Part shown: piece by piece, positions 1 to 14,156 of the stretch | Layout: the number at the start of each line of letters is the position of its first letter | Numbering within the stretch: position 1 is the first letter of the stretch | DNA from: Octopus sinensis | Taxonomy: Eukaryota | DNA: 64,000 bases | Reading direction: 5' to 3' | NCBI RefSeq assembly: GCF_006345805.1 | Contig: NC_043022.1 | Coordinates: forward strand, 9,982,001 to 10,046,000 | The notes under the pieces: model-generated | Databases searched by the model: none | The model's input: the letters and a program-made list of their open reading frames with translations, nothing else | Told to the model about the DNA's origin: nothing | Made by a program: the position numbers and the translations under genes

Positions 1-520
1 GTGTGTGTGTGTGTGTATGTGTGTGTATAAGTTCAGTAAAAATTTAGATTCAGTTGAATATGGTACTTAAGTTAAAGGCACCAGAATTTGGTATGGTATT
101 ATCCATATAAATCAAAATGGGGTGATTATAATAAAAATAAGCAACAAGGATATCCAGAGGTAATGCAATACGATCGTTTCATGCGACACACACACAAGCA
201 TGTTCACTTTCCAGACATTTCTACATTACTGCATGTACTTTATATGCACTTTCTGACAAGTTGTGGTGCACCTGAGCACTGTATACAATAATTTCATTAT
301 TATTTTCATTTAATTAAACAATGCAAATATTACACCAGTTTTAAAATGTAGAGCAATCTTCAGCTGCGTATGGAATTTTTTAGTTAAATTGAAAAGATTC
401 ATTTTTATACTTATTCCATTTACCAACATTACAAAGAGGGTAAGTAGGTAGACAGAGAGACCAGTCTCATCAACAGAAACATGGTAGTAAATGATCTTTT
501 TTCATGGATACACTACTTAT

Positions 521-1023
521 TCAAAAGAATACCCTCCATCAGGCATTTGCCATATTCTGAATGCCTTACTTCCCTGGGCATGGACACATTGAAACTCTGA
601 CATCTGGCAGCTGACTTGACAGACACCCATAAAATTATTAACCATCTTACAAACAATAACTCTGAGCACCTTTTCAAACTCCACCCGTCTAACACCCGTG
701 GACATATTTACAAAGTCAGAAAACAGTACAGCTCCCATGACTTTCAGAAACATTTTTTCATGCTGAGAGTTGCTGAAGCATGGAACAAACTGCCGGCATC
801 AGTTGTTAGTTGTCAGAGCACTGCATCCTTCAAAACTTCCATGCTTTCTGAGATTCGCCAACACTACACCTGATTTTCTCCTCTCCATACACACACAAGC
901 ATGTATCTGACTCATACATTGTTCACTTTCCAGACATTTGTATATTACTGCATATACTCTATACGCACTTTCTGACAAGTTGTGGTGCACCTGAGCACTG
1001 TATACAATAATTTCATTATTATT
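521..1023 (+). mobile_element. CR1-like LINE 3' fragment with (ATT)n tail
   Basis: NTRGHIYKVRKQ...KHFFMLRVAEAWNKLPASVV...SFK, typical of the CR1 ORF2 C-terminus. The 3' UTR is partly duplicated at ~180-302. Confidence 0.85.
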
Positions 1024-2116
1024 ATCACTGAATTTACTTTGTTATTTAGATTTACTATTTCATCTTGGTTACCTCCCTTCCATTATATTTTTAAATATTT
1101 TAAAGGTTTTTTTTTATATGTGTGCTAATTAATACCTTATTTACTGGGAATATTCTCATAAAAAGTTCTTCTAAATCCCCTTAATTAATATTCAAAACCT
1201 GATAATGAATAGATAATAATATCCATGTTATTTAGTCTCTAGTTTTATAATGGTCTTATTAGTAATAAAAATTTTAACAAATAGTTTGATCATTTCTTCA
1301 CCCAATATTAAACACTAATCTTGCATGACAACTCCCATGATAAATAAATATTAATTTTAGTCTAGTAATTATAAAATTATAATGTAATTATTAAGTGTTT
1401 TCTTATAGCAGCTTACCTTGCCTATTATAAATAAGCTAGGTATATCCTATAATAAGTTTTAGAATGCAAATCTAGTCTACCCCTTATCTACTATATTCTA
1501 AAATAATTTCATTTTTCAATTTACTGATTTAAATTTCCTTCAATAAAATTTTAAACCATTTTATCTTACTCATTTACCCACTATATCATTTTGCTGATAA
1601 TACATTTCTATTAGATTCATACTTAACCTATACAGAATGATACTGTTATAATTCACTATCTATTTTATAGCACAAGTAAATACATTCTAAAGTCATTAAC
1701 ATGCAGAAAATAAATGAAACCAATGTTTCTTTGAATGTAACCATCCTATTTATGAGGTTAATATATCCTCTAAGCAACTACATACATATATATATCATCA
1801 TCATCGTTTAATGTCCGTTCTCCGTGCTAGCATGGGTTGGACGGTTTGACTGGGGATCTGGGAAGCCAGAAGGCTGCACCAGGCCCAGTCTGATCTGGCA
1901 GTGTTTCTACAGCTGGATGCCCTTCCTAACGCCAACCACTCCGTGAGTGTAGTGGGTGCTTTTTACGTGCCAGACGAGGCTGGCAAACGGCCACAATCAG
2001 ATGGTGCTCTTTACGTGCCACCGGCACGGAGGCCAGACAAGGCTGGCAACGGCTACGATCGGATGGTGCTTTTTACATGCCACATATATATATCATATAG
2101 AAAAAATAAAATATAT

Positions 2117-2250
2117 TATAAAACATATATCTAGACCACAAATAGTACATAATGAATATAATAAGTATATTATTATATATTATTATTACTTATTATATAA
2201 TGTTTATTCATTATTTTGTACTTTTTGTGATCTAGATATATGTTTTATAA
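2117..2250. repeat. AT-rich imperfect palindrome
   Basis: tataaaacatatatctagaccacaaa... / ...tttgtgatctagatatatgttttata. Confidence 0.65.
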
Positions 2251-2411
2251 TATATTTTATTTTTTCTATATGATATGGTTTATGTCTATCATTATTTGAA
2301 TTACATAATAGTGGTTTTTCTCTAATTCATACATATTATCTATTTATATTTGAAAGTTGATTTAATACTAAATTGAATTTTTCCCTGTAAGTTTGGAGTT
2401 ACACTCCCTAA

Positions 2412-2442
<31 letters not shown>

Positions 2443-2721
2443 TATTTCATCATCGTCATCATCATCATCATCAACATATATATTTCATCATCATCATTGA
2501 ATGTTTACTTTTCATACTGACATGGGTTGGACAGTGTGACAGGGTAGGGACAAGCTGTAGGCGATGATTTATCCCTGATAAATCATTTGCTTTATTTGAG
2601 TGCTTATAATTCACTTTACCTTATATAATCCTTTCCTATAATCCCCTTTACCTTTCCCCATATTTTCTCTAATTGATGTTCACTCTTCTAATACCTTGCT
2701 TTTCATGTTTGTTCATTGCAG

Positions 2722-2866
2722 GCTTATCTTGTTAACCGAGACAGTATTGAACAGTTAGGAAAACAAATCAAAAAGCGTGGTGCCAAGTTGATCTTCTTCT
2801 CAACCAATTATATCTTCAGTGACCCTCTCAAACCAGATTTACCCCAAGACAGGATCGATATGTTAG
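2722..2866 (+). CDS. rmlD: Copy A exon ([48 protein letters not shown])
   Basis: cattgcag acceptor, gttagt donor. Confidence 0.9.
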
Positions 2867-5800
2867 GTTAGTATTTAGATTTATACTTTCATAAATAAGA
2901 GTAAAGTTCCTTTCTGAGTCATATAGACTCATAGGGCTGGTTTCTCGGTTTCCATGGCGTATATATGCCCCTCCTGGATGGGAGACCGATCTGTCACAGG
3001 GTTACTCATTTTTACCAGCTGAGTGGACTGGAGCAACATGAAATGAAGTGTTTTGCTCAAGAACACAATGCACTGTCTAGTCCAGGAATTGAAACCACAA
3101 TCTAGAAGTCATGAGTGCAACATCCTAACCATTAGCTGAGTGGACTGGAGCAACATGAAATGAAGTGTTTTGCTCAAGAACACAATGCACTGCCCAGTCC
3201 AGGAATTGAAACCACAATCTAGAAGTCATGAGTGCAACATCCTAACCATTAGCTGAGTGGACTGGAGCAACATGAAATGAAGTGTTTTGCTCAAGAACAC
3301 AATGCACTGCCCAGTCCAGGAATTGAAACCACAATCTAGAAGTCATGAGTGCAACATCCTAACCATTACCTGAGTGGACTGGAGCAACATGAATGTTGCA
3401 CTCATGACTTCTAGATTGTGGTTTCAATTCCTGGACTGGGCAGTGGTACATTGTGTTCTTGAGCAAGACACTTCATTTCATGTTGCTCCAGTCCACTCAG
3501 CTAATGGTTAGGATGTTGCACTCATGACTTCTAGATTGTGGTTTCAATTCCTGGACTGGGCAGTGCATTGTGTTCTTGAGCAAAACACTTCATTTCATGT
3601 TGCTCCAGTCCACTCAGCTAAACTAGATTGTGGTTTCAATTCCTGGACTGGGCAGTGCATTGTGTTACAGGCATCCCATTGAGGGAGGAATATATATGTC
3701 ACAGAAGCTAGGAAACCGGTTGTATGCTCCTTATGGAGTAATGTGGACTAACCATTGTTATAATTATTTGTTGTTAGCAGTTGTAGATTGGAAATGGGTT
3801 GACACAACAGGGCTAATAACCCTTTCTGCTATAGGCACAAGGCCTTAAATTCGGGAAGTGGGTGCTAGTCGATTACATCAACCCCTGTCCTCAACTGGTA
3901 TTTATTTTATCAACTCCAAAAGGATGAAAGGCAAAGCTGACCTTGGCAGGATTTGAACTCAAGACGGAAAGATGGATGAAATGCTACTAAGCATTTTGCC
4001 CAACCTGCTAACAATTCTGTCTGCTCACTGCCTTCAACAAGGCTAATAATTACAATACACTAATTAATTATATGTAGAAAGTTCTTCCACAGTGTTGTCA
4101 GTAGCTGTAGACTGGGAATGGGTTCACCCCTCACTGCTTCTCTCGACCCCTTCCTGTAGCTCCCTTTCTCCTTTTGCTCTCTCATACGCTTACCTGTTGA
4201 ATCCTCTGTACCACATCACTTGTATTCACCTCCCTGCAATTTTTGGATATGCACCCCACCCCGACACATCTCTATCACCATCTCCTCTCTCTGTCTCTCC
4301 TCTTGCTCTTCTCTCCTCTCTTTTTTTCCAACTGTGGTAACCATGTATCTCTTTTACAGCAAGCCACCTCCTTCTGTCTGTTGTAGGGAATTAGTAATAA
4401 TGGTAGATCCCTCCCACATGACGAATGGAATAACCTAATTACTATAAGAGAAGTACATGAAGTACCAGAGTACACAGTAGGTGATCAGAGATAGTCATGT
4501 CTTTACTGGTTTTACTAAGTATACTGTATACTAAAGTGGGCATTATAACAATCCAACATTCTAAGGATTATAACAGTAGCGACGAGGATTATAACACTGT
4601 CCCTCTTTCATGCTTTAACCTCACACCACCTGGCACAAAGTCACCTCCCTCAATACTGCTCCTCATTTCAGGTGAGGAGTCATTGTCTAGCAGTAGCAAT
4701 AGTAATGGTACTAGCAACAGCTGTACTTGTGGACTGTGAAAGTATTTTAAATAATATTTGATATTCCTGATTTTTTTGTAGCTAATGATATTGGTTTAAA
4801 GGAAGATGCTCATCCCAACAGTGTGAACGTCTATGGTAAATCTAAACTGGCCTCTGAAAATATATTCCAAGATGATGTCACCAATGTCTTGATTATACGC
4901 ATCTCGGTGAGTATGGGATAAACTATTTTTCATTTAGACACACCTAAGGATTGAACTCATGGAGTTTTCCATGGATTAGATTTAAATAGTAGCTACATTC
5001 ATTCACCAGATTTATTCTTTGGTTATTGAACATACTGCAGCATTGATTCTGATAAGGTGTTGAAATTGTGATGATGTTTGGTTGATAATTGAGGAGGGGT
5101 GTACATATCTATATCCTTTATGTGTCTCTTCTTGATGGACATAAGAGGTAACAAATATGGTGTGTAAGGCAGAAGACTTCGCTGGTATGGTCGTGTGATA
5201 ATTATGGATGTGAACAGCTGCACAAAGAACTGATGGCTAAATGTTGATGGAACCTGTAGAAGAGGAAGATCAAAGAATACATGGGATGAAATAGAATAAC
5301 CTCCAGATGTTGAGCCTCATGGAGGAGATGACTAAAACCTGAGATGATTGGCAATTTTCTATGCAAATTAATCTCAACAAAAATGAGGCCCTGAAAGCAT
5401 ATTGCTTATGTCTATACCCCTGTGTGTGGAGGTACATGACTTAATCATTAGGGTGTTGAACTCATGCTCATAAGATTGTGGTTTTGATTCCTGGACAGGG
5501 CAACATGTTGAGCAAACATGTTTGAGCAAAACACTTCATTTCACATCTTTCCAGTTGACTCAGCTGGCAAAAATGAGTATATATTCCCTACCTGGCATCC
5601 CATCCAGATGGGGAATATATACACCATTAAAACAGGTAACCAGCCCTTATGAGTTGGTATGACTCGAGAAAGTAACTTTACTTTTTTTATATACTCCTAT
5701 GTTCAATTTGTCTCTTTATGCAATACCTTACTTAATATTGTTACTAAATTGAAGTACCACAAATCCTCGAGTATAATCCGCATTTTTTTCCCCAAATTTA

Positions 5801-6071
5801 AAGGTCAAAATCCCTAGTGCGTACTATAAATGAGGTCAAAAATGAAAATTATTTTCTAAGCAATGTCCGAGTCTCTATTTGCTATCCGGCAATATTTATT
5901 CAAACGCATTTTGTGATGTCGGGCACGAAAATACCTTAAGCTAAGCCTGAAAGCAATGAAGTCATAAAGTGATTTATGAACTGAATGGATACTGACTGGA
6001 GAAAAGTCGTTCACTAAAGGTGGAAGGGTTTGCACTCTCAACCTGACTTTGATATATATATATATAAATAT

Positions 6072-6103
<32 letters not shown>

Positions 6104-6221
6104 CAAAACAGGAGATTGAAAAACTTTAGGTATTATTTATGATGGTGAATAAATAATTTGAAGAAATCGTCCAATCTCCTGCTTTGATATACAGGATGGT
6201 GCAAAAGTAGGAATACAATTT

Positions 6222-6268
<47 letters not shown>

Positions 6269-9200
6269 CAATGGGACGCCCCAAACTGTGCTTCAAGGAT
6301 ATCTGCAAGAAGGACCTAAAGCTATGCCAGATCAACACCCAAACATGGGAAGCACCTGGTGACACAGTGTCAAGCACGGTGCCATGACAGCAGAGAACCT
6401 AAGGACCACTACTGCCAAACTAAAGAGAACCAGGCGAAAGGAGCAGCAGCAGAAACCACAGCTCTCATCCCCCTTTACTTACACCAGATGTGGTCTGCAC
6501 AACCACACCAGGAAGTGCAGATAAACCCACCACCTTTTCTGAGCTACACCATTGTCTCTTGAGACGGACGGATGCCGACAACGATATATATATATATATA
6601 TATATATATCAAATACCCATCAAACCAAGCAAAATCACAGTCGTGGCAGATACCAGTGTCATGCAGATGGCACCCATGCCAGTGTGACACATAAAAGCAC
6701 CCATTACACTCTCAGAGTGGTCGGCATTAGTAAAGGGCATCCAGCCATAGAAAACCATGCCAAATCAGACTGGAGTCTGGTGCAGCCTTCCAGCTTGCCA
6801 GCCCTGGTCAAACCGTCCAACCCATGCCAGCATGAACAATGGATGTTAAATGATGATGATGATGATACATTTGACAGCATAATCTGATTGCAAAGGGCCA
6901 AAGGAGATTTTACTGTTATTTCTAGCAAATTGAGCAAACATTTATTATTGAGATATGCTGTTTGTTGTCAAGAGTTTAATGTGATTTGATGTGACTTTTC
7001 CAGGGTGTGTTTGGACCTGACATTAAAAAAAGGAACTTTGTGTACCAAGTTATAGGGAATCTTCTGGCTGGGAATAAGATGACGCTGCTTACAGATGAAG
7101 TAAGATTCCATATTCTTCATTTTAAACTACCTTTTTTTTTTACTTTTTCACTTGTTAATTTATAAATTATTGGGGATAATTTTTTGGCAGTTGTTTCTCT
7201 ACGATGTAAGATAACATTTGATATACAAGTCTCACATAATCTGCCGTTCACTCAAAGAAAGAATCCCTTTTTTTACCTCAAGAGCTAATAACTTAGTGTA
7301 CTGTTTCCACCCCTTTCTTACTTTCTGACAGCTATCCTTTTTAAAACACCCTCCTCCTCTGCTGGTAAAGTCATCTAGGTGACAGAATCTATCAATTACA
7401 TCTAACGAATTTCTGAATATTTTAAAGGATTTATTTTATAATAGATATTACTGCTAATTACTTGTGGCCCAGTGGGTGATGTGTCAGGAGTGAAGGAAGA
7501 CATTAGGGGAAGGTGTGCTGGAAGTGTGGGAGGAAGTGATGGCAGGTAATGAAATGGAAATACCATTGTTTGGAACATAGAAAGTCAACCAGTGAGAAGA
7601 GACATGCAGATGGAGTCCTTTTGTATTCTAGGTTTCTGACCAGGAGGTTGAGTATAGAAAGTGTCACAGGGTGACAGGATAAATTTCAGTCAGAGTTTGA
7701 GTAGTTTTCTTTCTGAAGTCATTTGCCAGCTCATGGCAAGACACTTTTTCTGCCCTTCATAACCACACTACTACAACACATGGGTTACTAAATATGAAAT
7801 GATTCTCTATCAGCTTCTCTGTGATCTTATTGAATCTCTTGTGCACCCATAGTTTACGTTGGGTATAGAGAGAGAAATATTCTTGCCATATTCCTATTCT
7901 GCATATTAAACAAAGCCACTTCTCAGATGACAGTATAATTTTCAATTTTCTTCCTTATTAAACCATTTTTTCTTTGCAAGGTTTAGTTTTAAACCTCTGG
8001 TTTCTGGACTCTGCTTTTGCATTTGGAATCTTTCTTTGAATTCCTCAACTAATTTAGCTACAAGAACACATGCCTGCATGACCATCCAACCCATGCCAGC
8101 ATGAAAAATGGATGTTAAAGAATGACAATGATGATCTCTGCTGTTGTCAGGCAGGTGTTTCAACAGGCATTCAGTCTTGAACTCGTCTTGTGTTATGGAA
8201 TGGAGAACTATAATAGACAGAGTTGGTGGGACGTGAGACTGAGCCCTGTTTACTGTGATGAAGAGATGTCTTATGTTTTAGAGAACTCTTCAACAGAGAG
8301 TGACAAAGGTTTCTACTCAAAATACCAAAATAATTTATCCCATTTCATAAACTGTTTATGGTTATTATTTACTGACACAGAACATCAGTAGTTCCCTCAG
8401 GTTTTTTGTTTACCTGTTTTTTTGTTTAATATTTGTCTATTATTTACATATTTGGATATTTGTTTATTCATAGATCCAGTGTCCAGTTTACACTCTTGAT
8501 TTGTGTAGGGCCACACTTGAGCTGATGGAGAAAAACTGTTCAGGAATCTACCATGTTGCAGGACCAGAAGCATTCAACAAATACACATTTGGTGTGAAGA
8601 TTGTAAGTTGCCACATTTTATTTAAAAACATTCTAATATGGTACTGTTGGTGTAGGCACAATACTTTGTTCTGCTCTCCCAACTGAACTCTTCATAAAGA
8701 TGTTTCTTCATATACTGCTTAAATACACTATTATACCACAACTACTTCACTTCCACTATCCGCCATCCACAAGATGAACTAAAAACTATACATGAAAGGA
8801 ATCATTGACTTCACCATATTAAAAAATGAAAGGGAAGTAGGTGTGGTATAGTAATGCATTTAATCAGCATATAAAGAAACATCTTTATGAAGTGTTTAAT
8901 TGGAAGAGCAGAAAAAGCGTTGTGTCTGCACCAGTTGTACCACATCAGAAAGTTTATATATAAAATGTATTTATTAAGGGGCAAAATACACAAGTGCACA
9001 TGCAAACACACACATACACATGCACGCACACTCACACACACACATGCATCATATTTTATTTTAAAAGACATAGTTAAGTTTATATGGTGAAGTCAATGAT
9101 TCCTTGAGAAGATTGGTTTATTCAACAATTTAATCCTTAAGTATGGGGACTAGTCAGTGAACCATTTTTTCCAGCCTGTGGCATTTGAGATGTTTGGCTG

Positions 9201-10655
9201 GGCCACTAACAACAAAGTTCTTGCCATCATTGCCTTACTTGGATGTCAGATGATGCTTGTGAGGGTGCTTGGACATCCCAGTGCCTTAGCCTTATCATTG
9301 CCCATGGTAATGCCACAAGCATATTGGCTTGCTTTAGTAGGTTCCATTGAAACTTGTGGTGTGCGACCACTTGAGGCACTTGGTGTCCAAGTGATGTTTC
9401 TTCTCTTCTTCTCTTTTTTCTCATTGTTCATGTGTTTTCTTTAGTTTTGGATTTGGATTTTAATGTAGTTTTGTATTACATGTGTATTATATACACATGA
9501 GTTAGACACACACACACACTCACACACACATCATTATCATCATCCTCATCATCATTTAACGTCCGTGTTCCATGCCATTTTAGATAATTGATAGGGAAGA
9601 CAGAATGTGCTGTTCCCTAGTGGGTGGAGAACGATATAATGGAATTGAATGCACCCCACAGGGTTAATATAGGGCGTAACAAATATCAGAAAATCAAAAA
9701 CAAAATGTGTGTAATAGGTGTAAAACAACTTCCTATGAACGAATATGAAAAAAAAATTCGCGCACGCGAAAGGGGGGGGGGGAGAGGCCTCGGAAAATTC
9801 ACATCGGGAAGTTCCGAAAGCGTCTGAGGGGCTGACCCGGGCACCAAAACAAAAAAAAAATAGTGTAATATGTGTAAAACAACTTGCTCTAAACGAATAT
9901 GACAAAAAAAAAATGCGCTCTCGCGAAAGAGGGGTGGAGGAGAGGCCTCGGAATATTTATATCAGGAATTTCCGAAAGCGTCTGAACCGGGCACAAAAAC
10001 AAAAACAAAAACAGCGTAATAGGTGTAAAACAACTTGCTCTAAACGACTATCATGAAAAAAATGCGCGCTCGCGAAAGGGGGGTGGGGGAGAGGCTTCGG
10101 AAATTTCACATCTTCAGTCCACGGCCTTTAAACTAAGAAAAAATAGTGTAATTGGTGTAAAACTACTTGTTCTAAACGAGTATCAAGAACACACACTCAC
10201 ACATGAATCATAAACTCCGTATTTCGCAAAAAAAAAAAAATAAAGAGAAGAAATTCTGGAAAAAGTGTTGTAATATGTACATTTTGCTGTGTGTGGCAGG
10301 ATGGTGTTGGTATGATGCGTACATTTACAGTAGTTCACAAATCCATTATTGAGACAGGATGGGTGGTATATATTAGGGGAGTGAAGAATGCAAAAAATCA
10401 AATACAAAGAATAAACAGAAAGATCAGGATATAATTTTTAAAAACCCACAAATCTTGTAAATACAGATTCTGGGTTTCCCAGTCAAAATGATATTCCGCC
10501 ATTTATCAAGCTGAAAACAAGACCATTTGTTAGTTGCCTTTTCACCTTGATATCCTCAGTAGCTGTATTAACAAGATTTGTGGTGTTTTTTATTATAATA
10601 TTATTTTTACTCTTTTAGCTGATCAAGTGCTTTTCTACTCATTGAAGCTTTACCG

Positions 10656-10731
<76 letters not shown>

Positions 10732-11270
10732 GTATATATATATATGTATATATATGTATATATATATATATATATATAACTACATCTGCCCAGTCAGCCG
10801 CCATGATTGACTGCAGCCCCTAAAGGTTTTTTTATTCTCTGTCTGTTTATTTCGTGTTCCTTTCTGTTGAAGAGCATAGGCTTGAAACATAAAAGACTTT
10901 CTCACCTTCCTGAGCATTAAACTCATACACCTGTTTGTTGTTTATACACCTGTCTTCGGCTTTTGTCTTTCTGTAAATTCTAACTATATATATTTATATA
11001 TATATATATATCTTTTGAAATAAAAGTTGATCTTTCACTAATTTCAGGCTGAAATCTTCAACCTTGATACTTCGTTGTTAGTTCCAATGTCATCAGAAGA
11101 ACTCAAATTACCTGCCAAAAGGCCGTATTTTGCAGCATTATCCACAGCAAAATTTCGGTAAGTATATTCTTTCCTTGACATACACTTTCACAAATTCTCA
11201 GAATATAAACACAGGCGAAATGACACTAAGCAGCTTACCTGGCATATGATGATTCTGCTAGCTTGCCACC

Positions 11271-11316
<46 letters not shown>

Positions 11317-13396
11317 GTGTTATCATCTACATTGTTTTGTCTTAGTATAAAAGATGGGCTACAGCAAATATTCTGCTCAATACCACAGATTTGCTTGTCA
11401 GTTGTTTGATCTTAACCAGTTGAGCATGTTCCTTAGTGGCTGATTGATATGTGCATCTCTGATCATGAGCAGAAGTAGTGGGGGAGCATCATAACCATGT
11501 GTTGAAGGGAATTCTTAGAGGTTTGGATAATTCACCTCTGGAAACATGGGTGTTTCATTCAACATCCTTAAACAACCCTTATTCAGGGACCTTTTGAGCG
11601 GATGGGTTACTCGACCAGAAGAAAATTCTAACTGGGCCCCACCTGCAAGGTCATGCGCTGTTTATCTTGATATGAGATCACCATGTCGCACACATATGGT
11701 TTTGATGCATGTGCCTAGTGTACTCTTATCAGACGGGTAGTCATGATCGGTATACTGGGCTTCGTATATTTTACCCCAGTGTCACTTTTATGGCATGCAC
11801 TGCTCTCTCACTCAATAATAATAACAATAATAATAATCTTTTCTTCATTGGCCACAAGAACTAGATACAATGCAAAAGAATGTATTAAACAAAAGGAGGC
11901 GGGGTTACAAAAGTTGTGGGGATCTACATATATGTAATAAACAGTTAATTGATTGGGTTGATACATAGTATAGTATATTGAAACAGGTTTAAAAATTTAA
12001 GAAAAAATGAAAAAGGAAGGGCAACCTACCCTCACATCTGTAGAAGCTGCCACATATGTACAATCATGGTGCCCTATATATCTGACAGCATTCCCATATG
12101 TCTGATCACCACTGACGAATGGGGCCCATTGTGCTAAACAGTAATGGACAAATATTATAAATATTTTGATATAATACAATATATCTATATTAATAAATGC
12201 GAAATTCTGTTTGTGCAGGACCACTGCATCTCAGCCTACATTGGCTCTACGTAGACATGTTATACTTTTTTGGAATCAGGATGATCCTGCGATTGAAAAT
12301 CAGCCCTTCATTTGGTTCTTGAACATCCAGCATTGGGATCTAATTTAAAAACATTTGGGAAGCTATTTCTAGCAGGGAGAGCTTGGCTAATTCACACCAT
12401 CCTGGTTGGCATTTGTCAGATGACATCAGAGATCAAGGGGAGATAGACGACATTCACTTCATTAATTTTACATCGAGATAAGAACTTTGGGACAAATTGG
12501 CCAATGGTTGGAATTCAACTTAGAACTGGAACAATAGAATGATTGCATTAAAGAATTAATTCTCATCTGTCCTTAAACTCTGATCAAACACCACCGGGGC
12601 ATTTAGTCATTATAGACATATTATAATCATGCTTTTTAGCCCTTTTTAGTTTTAAACCACAGGTCCAAATAGCCCTCCGCAGAAGCCCTCTGCAGAAAAG
12701 TCTGCATGGAGTGCAGCTTTTAAGTTAGCTATATAATAAAACTTATAGCTTGATAAGACCCATCAAGCCAAGTGAACTCACAGTCATGGCAAATATTGGT
12801 TCACGCAAACTGACACCCATGCAGTGGCATGTAAAAGCACCTGTTACGCTCTTAGAGTTGTTGGCATTAGGAAGGGCATCCAGCTGTAGAAATCATGCCA
12901 AATCAGACTAGAGTCTGGTGCAGCTCCTCAGCTCACCAGTCCTGGTCAGACCATCCAACCCATGCCAGCATGGACAATGGATGTTAAATGATGATGATGA
13001 CAGTATGTTGGAAAATATATCGGGTGAAATATACAAGGAGGTTCTGAAAAGTTCCTGGATTTGGGTGAAAGAAAATACAGGAGGATCAGTTAATTATGAT
13101 TTTATTCAACATATTCCCTTCCCAGATTCACACATATATTGCAGTGGTCCTTTAGTTTTTCAAAGCCCTGTAAAAGAACTTGGAATGTTTGGCCTGCAAC
13201 CAGACCTTTTGCAATACCCTTAAAGCTAGAAACTTTTCATCACCTCCTCATAAAAACATGATATAAACACATAAATTGTTTTATTTCTATTTTTAGCAAG
13301 GAAGTCCCAGAGTTCAAGTTCCATAATGTATCTGCTGCTATAAGAGATTGGCAAAGTAAAGAAAATAAAAATGGAAAGATCTTGCCTGAATTCTAA
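2722..13396 (+). CDS. rmlD: Copy A: RmlD-like paralogue, 5'-incomplete. Exons 2722-2866, 4782-4906, 7004-7099, 8474-8602, 11048-11157, 13297-13396
   Basis: Six AG/GT exons with lengths (145, 125, 96, 129, 110, 100 nt) and phases identical to copy B. Open frame to TAA at 13394-13396. STNY, YGKSK, GIYH and AKRP motifs are intact. Confidence 0.88.
3015..3665. repeat. Short version of the same 117-bp array in copy A: ~3 units in one orientation, then ~2.3 inverted units
   Basis: Same unit sequence. Orientation flips at gcaacat-ga-atgttgc near 3384-3399. Confidence 0.9.
4782..4906 (+). CDS. rmlD: Copy A exon ([41 protein letters not shown])
   Basis: tttgtag acceptor, gtgagt donor, catalytic YGKSK. 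Confidence 0.9.
5130..5420 (+). mobile_element. Degenerate RTE 3' fragment
   Basis: RRLRWYGRV ... [14 protein letters not shown]-like translation with stops. Confidence 0.6.
5757..6050. mobile_element. Truncated copy of the same Tc2/pogo-like element
   Basis: Starts ta|ccacaaatcctcgagtataatccgc and is the reverse complement of ~51890-52094. Confidence 0.75.
6270..6575 (+). mobile_element. RTE/BovB-like 3' fragment
   Basis: [27 protein letters not shown] translation. Confidence 0.55.
7004..7099 (+). CDS. rmlD: Copy A exon ([32 protein letters not shown])
   Basis: ttttccag acceptor, gtaaga donor. Confidence 0.88.
8474..8602 (+). CDS. rmlD: Copy A exon ([43 protein letters not shown])
   Basis: ttcatag acceptor, gtaagt donor. 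Confidence 0.9.
9660..10200. repeat. Degenerate ~160-bp tandem repeat (about 3 units), probably a transposon remnant
   Basis: Repeating gtaataggtgtaaaacaacttgctctaaacga...gcgaaaggggg...gagaggcctcggaa. Confidence 0.6.
10659..10778. repeat. (AT)n microsatellite
   Basis: Direct reading. Confidence 0.95.
11048..11157 (+). CDS. rmlD: Copy A exon ([36 protein letters not shown])
   Basis: aatttcag acceptor, gtaagt donor. Confidence 0.88.
13034..13250. mobile_element. Mariner-like MITE (related copies at ~20345-21158 interrupted by a palindrome, ~21560-21675, ~25345-25550)
   Basis: TIR-like ends ta-c(a/g)agg..gctgaaaagttcctgg / ..aacttttca.cacctcctca-ta. Confidence 0.65.
13297..13396 (+). CDS. rmlD: Copy A last coding exon ([32 protein letters not shown])
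   Basis: tttttag acceptor, TAA stop, AATAAA at 13424-13429. Confidence 0.85.
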
Positions 13397-14156
13397 TAAC
13401 ATGAGTCCTTTAAAGAGAAAGGAAATAAAGTTATATTGATTGTGTATTAATTAATATAAATGAACTAAAACTTGCTGCTACTTTAGAAACAATCTTTCAG
13501 GGTACTTTAATATTATATATTTTGGGGGTAATTTTGTTTGTATTCTGTGAAGAGTCAATGGTACACATGGCCAAGATGTACAAAGTCATTTGTATACAAG
13601 TCACCTGTGTATATGAATGGCCATTAATAAAAGATCATTTTTAAAAGCAGACATGAGCAACCTGCAGCCACCAGAGCCTTCTGTATGGCATGGCTAATGA
13701 AAAATTATTGCTCAGAAAAGGTTGCCCATATCAGATAAAAAGGTTATTTGAGTTCAAAGCGATTTGTGTATTAGCGGATTCAAACACAGAATCTATTTTG
13801 TAGAAGGTCATTTATCGTTTGTGTTTTATCTTTCACTTGTTTCAGTCATTCGACTGTGGCCATACTGGGGCACCGCCTTGAATTTTTAGTCAAATGAATT
13901 GACCCAAGTACTCTTTTTTTAAGCCCAGTACTTATTTTATCAATCTCTTTTGCACAAAAGCTATGTTACAGGAATGCAAATGCACCAACAACAGTTGTCA
14001 AGTGGTGGTGGTGGTGGTGGGGGACAAACACAGACAGAAAGACACACACACATATATATATATAAAATTAAATAAGGGTAGAAATCGATATTAATCAATT
14101 AAAACCAGTGGCCTAGCATATTTTTTTTTTAAATCTGAAGATTAAAAATTTTATAC

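Noticed and set aside
8122-8391. 89-aa ORF just upstream of a copy A exon
   Set aside because: Starts in a SINE tail, has no recognisable homology, is absent from copy B and is not needed for frame.
12200-12450. Possible LINE RT remnant on the minus strand (RIILIPKK-like)
   Set aside because: Too short and degenerate to call without a database search.
2722-13396. Annotation as MAT2B (the usual animal RmlD-fold protein)
   Set aside because: The paralogue is fused to a catalytic RmlC domain and the motifs fit an RmlD-type reductase. MAT2B has no cupin fusion. A phylogeny would be the formal test.
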